Virus record (IMG/VR): IMGVR_UViG_3300034101_003795
Coordinates: 1 to 64,000 of that record
DNA length: 64,000 bases
Source: a virus
Direction: 5' to 3' (one strand)
In this document: positions 57,044-64,000 of the stretch, one piece after another
Position numbering within the stretch: the stretch's first letter is position 1
How the letters are laid out: each line of letters starts with the position of its first letter
The notes under the pieces: generated by a model
The model's database searches: none
The model's input: the letters and a program-made list of their open reading frames with translations, nothing else
Told to the model about the DNA's origin: nothing
Program-made: the position numbers and the translations under genes

Positions 57044-57622
57044 TTAAAAATAGGACTCTGGTAAGTAAATTTTCCATTCTACTGGTATGTCCTTTATCTT
57101 AACTAAGTAGGACGCTATAGGCAAGTACTTCATATTTTTTTGAGGCATTATTGGCAAATTTCTAAGTGGCATATTTGCTTGTTTAGGAGTTTTATTCCCT
57201 TTTCTTCTATTACAATAAACACAAGCGGTAACTATATTAGTCCAACTAGTCGGAGATATCTTATCATTATTCCATAAAGATTTAGGTATTACATGATCAT
57301 ATGTAAGTTGGTTTATTTCTACTTGATTGCCACAATATTGACAAGTATAATTATCTCTAATAAATAAATTTTTTCTAGAAAATTTTACTTTGGAATTATT
57401 TATACGAAAATATCTTGCTGTTTTAACAACAGCGGGGATTGGATATTTTTTATCATTAGAACAAAGAATATAATCGTCTTTATAAAAATCAATTATTTCA
57501 ACACCAATCTTACGGTTGGCCTCGTGTTTAAAAGACCAAACAATAGCTTTTTGCCAATGAATTATAGTAATAGGAGTATAGTCAGCATTTAATACTAGAC
57601 ATTTAGTATTTTGTATTTTCAT
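57044..57622 (-). CDS. HNH endonuclease (McrA-like)
   Basis: CLVLNADY.P, FSRKNLFIRDNYTCQYCG, LTYDHVIP, WTNIVTACVYCNRRKGNKTP. Confidence 0.9.
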   Translation of the reverse strand: MKIQNTKCLVLNADYTPITIIHWQKAIVWSFKHEANRKIGVEIIDFYKDDYILCSNDKKYPIPAVVKTARYFRINNSKVKFSRKNLFIRDNYTCQYCGNQVEINQLTYDHVIPKSLWNNDKISPTSWTNIVTACVYCNRRKGNKTPKQANMPLRNLPIMPQKNMKYLPIASYLVKIKDIPVEWKIYLPESYF

Positions 57623-58337
57623 TTTCTATTTGACTTAATCTTCCTAATATTTTAACAATTATAGGATTTCTAACTATATCAGAACCCAATAACTGCACAA
57701 TACCAATACTATCAATATCATTTAAGGCATTTATCATTTCGGCAAATCCGCCTCTTTGACTTTTGTGGAGATCGCTTTGTCCAACATCTCCAGTAAGTAC
57801 CATTTTACTATTATTTCCAGTTCTTGTCAATAACATTTTTAATTGATCATACGACGCATTTTGACATTCATCGGCGACAATAAAAGCATTATGAAAATTA
57901 CGACCTCTCATTAATCCTAATGGAACAACTTCAATTTTATTATTCAATCTTAATGATGCATAATGGGATGGGCTTATAAAGTGATTAATTTCATCTAATA
58001 TTGGTAATAGATATGGATGAAGTTTCTCTTCTGCTGTTCCGGGTAAATAGCCAATTTTTTCACCAGCCTCTATCACTGGTCTTGTTATTATGATCTTTTT
58101 TACTTTATCATCAAGTAAATACTCAAGAGCCATACCAATAGCAATATGTGTTTTACCACTACCAGCCAATCCCTGGCAAAATGTTATCGTATTTTCAGCT
58201 ATCATACGAATATATTCTGCTTGATTATCTGTTCGTGGCTTCAATCTATTTCGATATGCATGACCAGCATTTTCATTCACCAATGGTTTTGTTGCATCAA
58301 TTACTTTCTTTTTCTTGCTTCTTGTGTTTTTTCTCAA
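57603..58337 (-). CDS. phoH: PhoH-family ATPase
   Basis: GLAGSGKT, TRPVIEAGEKIGYLPG, MRGRNF, DECQN, LTRTG, GDVGQSDL, DIVRN. Confidence 0.95.
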   Translation of the reverse strand: MRKNTRSKKKKVIDATKPLVNENAGHAYRNRLKPRTDNQAEYIRMIAENTITFCQGLAGSGKTHIAIGMALEYLLDDKVKKIIITRPVIEAGEKIGYLPGTAEEKLHPYLLPILDEINHFISPSHYASLRLNNKIEVVPLGLMRGRNFHNAFIVADECQNASYDQLKMLLTRTGNNSKMVLTGDVGQSDLHKSQRGGFAEMINALNDIDSIGIVQLLGSDIVRNPIIVKILGRLSQIENENTKY

Positions 58338-58358
58338 TGGTTACCCTTTGCTATAGAG

Positions 58359-60554
58359 TTAAATTAGACAAGCGCCACCAGCACAACTAATTTCCTCTAT
58401 ACCAGTAGTATTGTCCTCAGTCTCTGATAGTTGTGTATAATCAACCTTTTTGAAACTATTAAATAGATCACAATATATCTTCCAATTATGAACATCCTTC
58501 ATACAGTATGTTAGCCGTTTAATGTCTCCATCAAAATATTTACCAGCAAAATTTTTGGCCTTAGTTATGAATAATAGTTTATCTTGACTATCATTTTCTT
58601 TGGCCTGATCCATATTCACATAATCACACGCAGCCCATAAATTATTATCAAATGAATTTAAGGCAAGCTCAATCAGTCCCGAACACCAAAGAGCAGCATC
58701 TCCATATTCTTTTACAATTTCACGACTAGTATAAACTGTAGTAAAAGGAGCTTGTGGATAGTCTTTATCTCCGCTTTGAGGGATTAAACTAATACCAGCA
58801 AAATATTTACGATTATTATAAATATATTCCGTCACACTATCCCACTCGTCTGGCTTTACTGTTACTGTATTACTCACATTATGGCTTAAAAACTCTTGAG
58901 TACATAAGGTTTTGTTTTTACCAGAATTTACCCAATTCTTTTGTGTGTCCTTAACCACAGAAAGCATTTCGACTGCTGGTAATTGATTTTTTAATTTTGC
59001 ACCATCAGGCACTTCAATAGGAAACTTGACAACTTCATCTGTGTTATTGGCAGACCATCTTGATTTCTCGCAGGCTTGAGGATTATAAGTTTTAAAGTGT
59101 TGGTATGGTGCTTCTAAAATATTGGCCTGTACGTGCCTTATATAGCGTTTAGCGTGATGAGGATGAATACCAGAGCTTGTTCCAAGCATACTAGAAGAAG
59201 TACCTTCTGGTTTTAAACAGGTCACTCTTGCTGCTTGGTTAATTTTTATTTTTTCGGCAAATTTCTTATTAGTTTCTACTGCTATTTTAGCACCCTTGGT
59301 TAATACCTTTTCTGTTAGTACTAAATCATGCTTTTCCATAGTACCAGTCAAAGACACCCCTAATAAGGCTTCTCTTTCAAATATTTTTTTACTTATATTT
59401 CCAAGATATTCAAGATTTGTAAATCCAGCTTGTAGCGTTCCTATTATTGCTGCCGCTTTACATCTTTCATAGAAATCGTCTTCGTCTATAACACTAGAAC
59501 AATTTATAGTTGTTAAATTACATCCTTGCCATCCGCTCTTACCACTCTCTTCATCAACAGGCCACATCCCAATTTCTACACATGGATTAAAAATCATTTC
59601 TGTTGATTCGCTCCAAATAAATCCTGGTTCTCCAAACTCCTTCACACTTTCCATAAGGGTTTGAAATTCTTCAAATGTTGTTTCATTTTTTAGTAATAGA
59701 GCAGAGTTGTTGCTTCGTGCTCTTTGTGGATTTTCTATATACCAGTTTCCTGTTTTAGCCTTAGCCATTTCTTCGTCTTCTGGACTAAATAATGCTAAAC
59801 TAGCAGACCGACGAACGCCACCACTTAGCACAGCATCACTGCTATGCATTACTATATCATAAGCATCAATAGGACGTAGTTTTTTTTGTCCATTCTCTAT
59901 ACAACGATCAAGTAAAGTTCTTATCTTTTCTAGACCGTTTTGGAGTGGCTCAAATCCTGGTGCCTTACCAACGCCAGAACTTAAATTAGAACCCTTAGAT
60001 CGTATATTAGAATAATCAAATATAACATAACTATTTTTATACATCTTAAATTCTTCAATAGGCTTACTAACATAACTGCTAAGAAGAACACCCAATGCAT
60101 CAGCCCATCCTTCAATACTATCTTCAATAATATATTTCATTCCTTCATTATTATCAGGAATATCATGTTCTAGTGATGGCAATTTAGCAACGTGATGCTT
60201 TTGAACACTAAAGCCCGTGCCACTGCCACACAATAATAGCCAGAAACATTCTTGAAAAAATCTTAGTCTATCACAATAAGAGCTTGTGCAATTATAAATC
60301 TTTGCGTGTCTTTTTAAGATTGGATCTCCGCCGAACTGAAGTGCTCTTTGACTACCAAGAACCTTCTTTTTATACATTATATCATATGACCAATCAATAT
60401 CTTCTGATATTCCAAAATCAGCATACTTAGTATGCATCATATTTTTAACTCGCTCTACGGCTTCTTTCCAAGTTTCTCTACGATTTTTATCTTCTAACCA
60501 GCGAGCATATTTACTAACGAATGTATAATTTTGAAGTTCTTGAAGAGCAGACAT
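58359..60554 (-). CDS. nrdJ: Class II (adenosylcobalamin-dependent) ribonucleotide reductase, monomeric RTPR-like
   Basis: RRETW.E.V.R, YNC, LLCGSGTGFS, GGVRRSA, R.RSNNS, GEPG, NPCVEI, GCNLT, KPEGT, C-terminal CAGGAC; start MSALQ at 60554 after GGAGA; no NrdB nearby. Confidence 0.88.
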   Translation of the reverse strand: MSALQELQNYTFVSKYARWLEDKNRRETWKEAVERVKNMMHTKYADFGISEDIDWSYDIMYKKKVLGSQRALQFGGDPILKRHAKIYNCTSSYCDRLRFFQECFWLLLCGSGTGFSVQKHHVAKLPSLEHDIPDNNEGMKYIIEDSIEGWADALGVLLSSYVSKPIEEFKMYKNSYVIFDYSNIRSKGSNLSSGVGKAPGFEPLQNGLEKIRTLLDRCIENGQKKLRPIDAYDIVMHSSDAVLSGGVRRSASLALFSPEDEEMAKAKTGNWYIENPQRARSNNSALLLKNETTFEEFQTLMESVKEFGEPGFIWSESTEMIFNPCVEIGMWPVDEESGKSGWQGCNLTTINCSSVIDEDDFYERCKAAAIIGTLQAGFTNLEYLGNISKKIFEREALLGVSLTGTMEKHDLVLTEKVLTKGAKIAVETNKKFAEKIKINQAARVTCLKPEGTSSSMLGTSSGIHPHHAKRYIRHVQANILEAPYQHFKTYNPQACEKSRWSANNTDEVVKFPIEVPDGAKLKNQLPAVEMLSVVKDTQKNWVNSGKNKTLCTQEFLSHNVSNTVTVKPDEWDSVTEYIYNNRKYFAGISLIPQSGDKDYPQAPFTTVYTSREIVKEYGDAALWCSGLIELALNSFDNNLWAACDYVNMDQAKENDSQDKLLFITKAKNFAGKYFDGDIKRLTYCMKDVHNWKIYCDLFNSFKKVDYTQLSETEDNTTGIEEISCAGGACLI

Positions 60555-60555
60555 A

Positions 60556-60708
60556 TTATCTCCTGGTTTGATTATTGCATAATGAAAGAAGTCCGAGTAA
60601 CACACTAGTATGGAAAGAAAAAGTAATCATTTCTGTGTTACCACTAATCCATCTATAATAGATATAAAAACATAAACTTATATAAAATGATAATTGCTGT
60701 ATATTCAT
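60556..60708 (-). CDS. Small 50-aa hydrophobic protein absent from the ORF track (MNIQQLSFYISLCFYIYYRW...)
   Basis: Translated by hand; ATGA overlap with the dCMP deaminase stop; fills the gap up to nrdJ. Confidence 0.5.
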   Translation of the reverse strand: MNIQQLSFYISLCFYIYYRWISGNTEMITFSFHTSVLLGLLSLCNNQTRR

Positions 60709-61172
60709 ATTACACCGCAAACATTAGTAAGCCAAGAAAGATCAGACTCAATTTTAATAATTTCAATACCACTTAATTTTACAAATTTATTAAAAATTTC
60801 TTGTTCTTTATCATCAAAAAGTTTTGTCCCATGATCATTTGACATAATTACTTTTGTTATTCCTTCTTGCCAAAGAGACATGATGCAATCATTACAACAT
60901 TGTCCAGTAACATATGCTATACCATTATCTGGTCTAACAACACAATTAGATAAGGCGTTTTGTTCTGCGTGTATCATCCATGAATATTTCTCTGGCCTAT
61001 CTAACGGCAATAAGGAATCATCGAGTCCTTTTGGAAAACCATTATATCCAACGCCAAGAATTCTATTATTCTGATCTGTAATTACGCAACCGTGCTGCGT
61101 ATGAATATCATGACTTCTTTGAGAAGCCACCTTGGCTAGTCCTAAAAAATAGTTTGTCCATGTTGGTCGCAT
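60705..61172 (-). CDS. dCMP deaminase
   Basis: RPTW..YF..LA...SQRS, GYNGFP.G, HAEQNA, CCNDC. Confidence 0.9.
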   Translation of the reverse strand: MRPTWTNYFLGLAKVASQRSHDIHTQHGCVITDQNNRILGVGYNGFPKGLDDSLLPLDRPEKYSWMIHAEQNALSNCVVRPDNGIAYVTGQCCNDCIMSLWQEGITKVIMSNDHGTKLFDDKEQEIFNKFVKLSGIEIIKIESDLSWLTNVCGVI

Positions 61173-61178
61173 GGAGTT

Positions 61179-61207
61179 ATTATACTTGGTGTTCTGTCAC
61201 AGGTCAA
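61179..61207 (-). promoter_or_regulatory. Sigma70-type promoter, probably giving a leaderless dCMP deaminase mRNA
   Basis: TTGACC (61207-61202), 17 nt, TATAAT (61184-61179), 6 nt, ATG (61172); no SD sequence. Confidence 0.7.
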
Positions 61208-61209
61208 GA

Positions 61210-61458
61210 CTATTTTGTAACGAGCTTGTTATATAGAACAAGCGTTAGAATACCACCAGCAACACCCATCACAACACCCGCTGGAGATAAAGCGTCATAA
61301 CTACCAAGCAGATAGAGTATTGCTCCACCCATATAAGAGCCTGCTACTCCCAGTGCTACTGTTTTTACAAATCCAAAATTTTCTTCACCAGGAACAATAC
61401 TCTTTGATATTGAACCAACAAATAAACCATAGACACACCATACTAAAATATTAAACAT
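61210..61458 (-). CDS. GlsB/YeaQ/YmgE-family (transglycosylase-associated) membrane protein
   Basis: ILVWCVYGLFVGSISKSIVPG...GF..TVALGVAGSYMGG...GVAGGILTLVLY; three hydrophobic segments. Confidence 0.8.
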   Translation of the reverse strand: MFNILVWCVYGLFVGSISKSIVPGEENFGFVKTVALGVAGSYMGGAILYLLGSYDALSPAGVVMGVAGGILTLVLYNKLVTK

Positions 61459-61846
61459 TTGCTGCCTCCACTAAAGTTACTACTTGATCATCCGTGAGGT
61501 TTTCTCCTTCATCTAATATTGCATATAACAGTTTCTCTCCGTGTTCTTTATATTGATCACGGTCTAGTTCTCTACGTATTATTTTTCTGATTTTCATTTT
61601 GGTAAACCATCCGCGTTTTTTGCTGAAGTTCCTTATATCTGTTCCATATAAAGAGAACCTATCATTGGCGTTAGACAGAGCTGATATCTTCTCTTTATTA
61701 CATTCTTGAATAACTCTAATTATTGTTAATATAATACTTATAACCATTAATATAGCTATAATACTACCATATTTTTCTTCTTGTGGAATTTGTGCTTTTT
61801 TAAGAATTGCAATAGCGATTGGTTTTAGTTTTTCATTATCTTGCAT
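61451..61846 (-). CDS. Single-TM hypothetical protein
   Basis: GSIIAILMVISIILTIIRVIQEC hydrophobic stretch. Confidence 0.55.
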   Translation of the reverse strand: MQDNEKLKPIAIAILKKAQIPQEEKYGSIIAILMVISIILTIIRVIQECNKEKISALSNANDRFSLYGTDIRNFSKKRGWFTKMKIRKIIRRELDRDQYKEHGEKLLYAILDEGENLTDDQVVTLVEAANV

Positions 61847-62177
61847 TATTAATACTCTTTTGTGGTATTGGACAATTACCATTTGGACAATCTTTTTGTT
61901 GTATTATAACTGGAGAATGAGTTATAATTTTTTGTTGTGTCTTATCTGGTTCGCAATATCCACAGTCTACTTTCTTAATACCATCTCCACTAATATAAAA
62001 TCCAGTTCCTTTACAAATAGGACAATCTTTTCTTTTATATTTTTTAGAAGCATCAGTGTGTTGAGCTTTAATTATTCCTCCAGCAATCACTACTGCTGGT
62101 AATGTTGATCCATTATATTTATATGTACTAAATAACAAAACTGATCCTATCAATAGAACATTAAGAATTTTGGTCAT
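61836..62177 (-). CDS. Exported/membrane protein with DnaJ-like Zn motif
   Basis: Hydrophobic N-terminus; CPICKGTG...DCGYC; CPNGNCP. Confidence 0.55.
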   Translation of the reverse strand: MTKILNVLLIGSVLLFSTYKYNGSTLPAVVIAGGIIKAQHTDASKKYKRKDCPICKGTGFYISGDGIKKVDCGYCEPDKTQQKIITHSPVIIQQKDCPNGNCPIPQKSINNAR

Positions 62178-62331
62178 CTTTATTTCTCCATGGTAGAATC
62201 TTTTTACGTTTTGGTTTAGGCAAATCAATATTATCTATAGATTTAGGAGCAAAAATTTTAATTAATCCAAGTATAAAATTAGTAATAATGCTAATTAAAC
62301 GATTTAATGCTATCTTATCTAATATTCTCAT
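62161..62331 (-). CDS. Small 56-aa amphipathic/basic protein absent from the ORF track (MRILDKIALNRLISIITNFILGLIKIFAP...)
   Basis: Translated by hand; ATGA overlap with the protease stop. Confidence 0.55.
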   Translation of the reverse strand: MRILDKIALNRLISIITNFILGLIKIFAPKSIDNIDLPKPKRKKILPWRNKDDQNS

Positions 62332-63254
62332 AAATAATCCTCAAACCCATATGATGGAAGTTTTTGAACAGGAAAACCATCAAAATTACTAAAAGCATAA
62401 CTACCATTTGCTGCTAACATTCCAGCAGCAACTTCAGCACGAATAAGAAATGACCCATCAGGAATTGGACCCCATTCTGGATGACCACCATCATTCCATT
62501 TACCCCAACTATTTTGTACTAAAAATAATGGCTCACTACCAGTATCATCACAGGCTATCCAGGCCATAGCGTGGGCCCAATTACCACTAGTATTTGCTAT
62601 TCCTTTTTTATCTCGTTTATTACTAAATCCATAATTAGAACATACCGATAATCCATAACCATTAGCTATTGCGTCTCGTGCTTCTTCTATTGTTCGTACT
62701 AAACTAACAGTTTTAATTTGGTGATCATTAGCAAGATCAATCACAGGGTCTGGTAATCCTCTTCCTCCCCAACCAGCACCAAGATTACCATTGTATTTAG
62801 TAAAATCAGCAATACCGGGATAATTTTTTCTTAATACTATACCGCCATTTTTACTTACAAATTCAGCGGCTCTTGAACAACTCATGCCTTGTCCACTCCA
62901 ACCTCTAGCACCGTAAATTGCTTCTGTCGCTCCTTTTGCTATCCATGCTTCTCTTTCTCCATTGACATCTATTTCTACTGCTCTACTAACATCACAAGCA
63001 TTCCGTGTTGCATGACTAACACAATCTCCAGTAGTTTGTCTTTCATTATATGGATTTTTATCAAATTTTAATACACTCTTGTATGGTGTTGATAATTTGC
63101 CCTTACCATTATTTTTAATTTTTTTGCTAGCGTCTCCAAATAATGGATATTTACTATTTTCCATTAGATTATCAAATATCTGCTGTTCCCAAATACAGCC
63201 AGAGAAACCTTTTTTATAATTTTTATATAATTCTTCTGGAGATAGTTTTGTCAT
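62328..63254 (-). CDS. Papain-like cysteine peptidase (C1 family)
   Basis: Q-TTGD-C-VSHA (oxyanion Gln, catalytic Cys), WAHAM (His), VQNSWG.W (Asn). Confidence 0.85.
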   Translation of the reverse strand: MTKLSPEELYKNYKKGFSGCIWEQQIFDNLMENSKYPLFGDASKKIKNNGKGKLSTPYKSVLKFDKNPYNERQTTGDCVSHATRNACDVSRAVEIDVNGEREAWIAKGATEAIYGARGWSGQGMSCSRAAEFVSKNGGIVLRKNYPGIADFTKYNGNLGAGWGGRGLPDPVIDLANDHQIKTVSLVRTIEEARDAIANGYGLSVCSNYGFSNKRDKKGIANTSGNWAHAMAWIACDDTGSEPLFLVQNSWGKWNDGGHPEWGPIPDGSFLIRAEVAAGMLAANGSYAFSNFDGFPVQKLPSYGFEDYL

Positions 63255-63754
63255 TATTTACTTCCTTCGTTACATGCCCAGGCTAGTGCCTTAAACCCAT
63301 TAACTGCATTTTCTCTTAATTCTTTATTTAGTAATACATTATCGTCACCAATCGATTGTACAATCAATGCTTTTGCCGCTTCTGGTAAATCGGGATACTT
63401 ACTTTTAATATCAAGTCGAAGTAAAAGACCGGCTAGTCTATTAGCTTGTCTAATGTCTTCTGTATTTTTAATAACTTCATTCTCTCCATCTAAACTAATT
63501 AGAGTAGCCATATCGTTGTATAAAGATGCTAATCTTTTGCCGTCTATCTTACGATCAGAATTTGAAGATAGTGCTTTAATGATATCTTTACTTTTGGTTA
63601 ATAGTTCATCTGAGGATGGAGCCATTAGATCAAGATTATCAACTACATTAACTGAAGGACGATTACTGTCTAAAAAGTTATTTAAATTTGGTTTAAAAAT
63701 ACCTATAGCAATTAGTAGTAATGCGATTAAGAGTAATAAATTTTTTGAATTCAT
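63254..63754 (-). CDS. N-terminally membrane-anchored hypothetical protein
   Basis: MNSKNLLLLIALLLIAIGIFKP. Confidence 0.6.
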   Translation of the reverse strand: MNSKNLLLLIALLLIAIGIFKPNLNNFLDSNRPSVNVVDNLDLMAPSSDELLTKSKDIIKALSSNSDRKIDGKRLASLYNDMATLISLDGENEVIKNTEDIRQANRLAGLLLRLDIKSKYPDLPEAAKALIVQSIGDDNVLLNKELRENAVNGFKALAWACNEGSK

Positions 63755-64000
63755 AAATCACCTACAGTCTTTTTGTTTTCTGTTTTTAATATGCTATTAT
63801 TTATTGGGGTGGTTGAGTTACCACAAACATTTGGAGATAGATACGGAAACATTTGATCGGCAGCTTTTACTGCGTCATCACAACCACTCTCAACCGCTAA
63901 ATCTCTTGTTTGTTTCCATGAAGCCACAAGTTTAAAGAATATATCTTCTTTTGTGATTACTACTGGTTTGACAGTAGGAACAACTACGGAGACCGGATTT
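63751..64000 (-). CDS. Hypothetical protein, C-terminal part (truncated by window edge)
   Basis: Open frame ...KEDIFFKLVASWKQTRDLAVESGC...VGDL*; stop overlaps the ATG at 63754. Confidence 0.55.
   Translation of the reverse strand, partial: NPVSVVVPTVKPVVITKEDIFFKLVASWKQTRDLAVESGCDDAVKAADQMFPYLSPNVCGNSTTPINNSILKTENKKTVGDL

Noticed and set aside
1-64000. Stop-codon reassignment (alternative genetic code)
   Set aside because: Genes are long and tightly packed under the standard code, and TAA, TGA and TAG all end genes at sensible junctions.

Overview
AT-rich 64 kb segment of a large tailed dsDNA bacteriophage (Caudoviricetes, standard genetic code) with two convergent arms. The + strand arm (1-37262) is a virion morphogenesis module: fibre/adhesin genes, putative neck and tail-completion genes, two paralogous tail-tube-like genes, chaperone-like genes, a 2958-aa tape measure protein (TMP), an S74-chaperone tail fibre, paired baseplate-like paralogues, FGE/C-type-lectin-fold adhesins and a hub-like protein. 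The - strand arm (37302-64000) carries replication, recombination and nucleotide metabolism genes: Rad52/Sak-like annealase, glycosyltransferase cluster, SSB, split DnaE, DnaQ-like exonuclease, Cas4/RecB-like nuclease, dNMP kinase, primase, DnaB, RecA, HNH, PhoH, class II NrdJ and dCMP deaminase, plus a membrane-protein/papain-protease cluster. Most notable: (1) the TMP has four copies of the 'GG..DTVPAMLTPGEFV' motif arranged as two brackets around cargo-like inserts, one with a PD-(D/E)XK nuclease signature; (2) an FGE-type lectin domain is split cleanly between two virion genes around a 1.9 kb inserted module; (3) DnaE is split without an intein, with the proofreading exonuclease gene at the split; (4) a candidate late-promoter motif GGTGTAT(A/T). 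No tRNA, rRNA, CRISPR array, integrase, reverse transcriptase, terminase or capsid gene was recognised. All calls come from motif recognition by eye; no searches were run.
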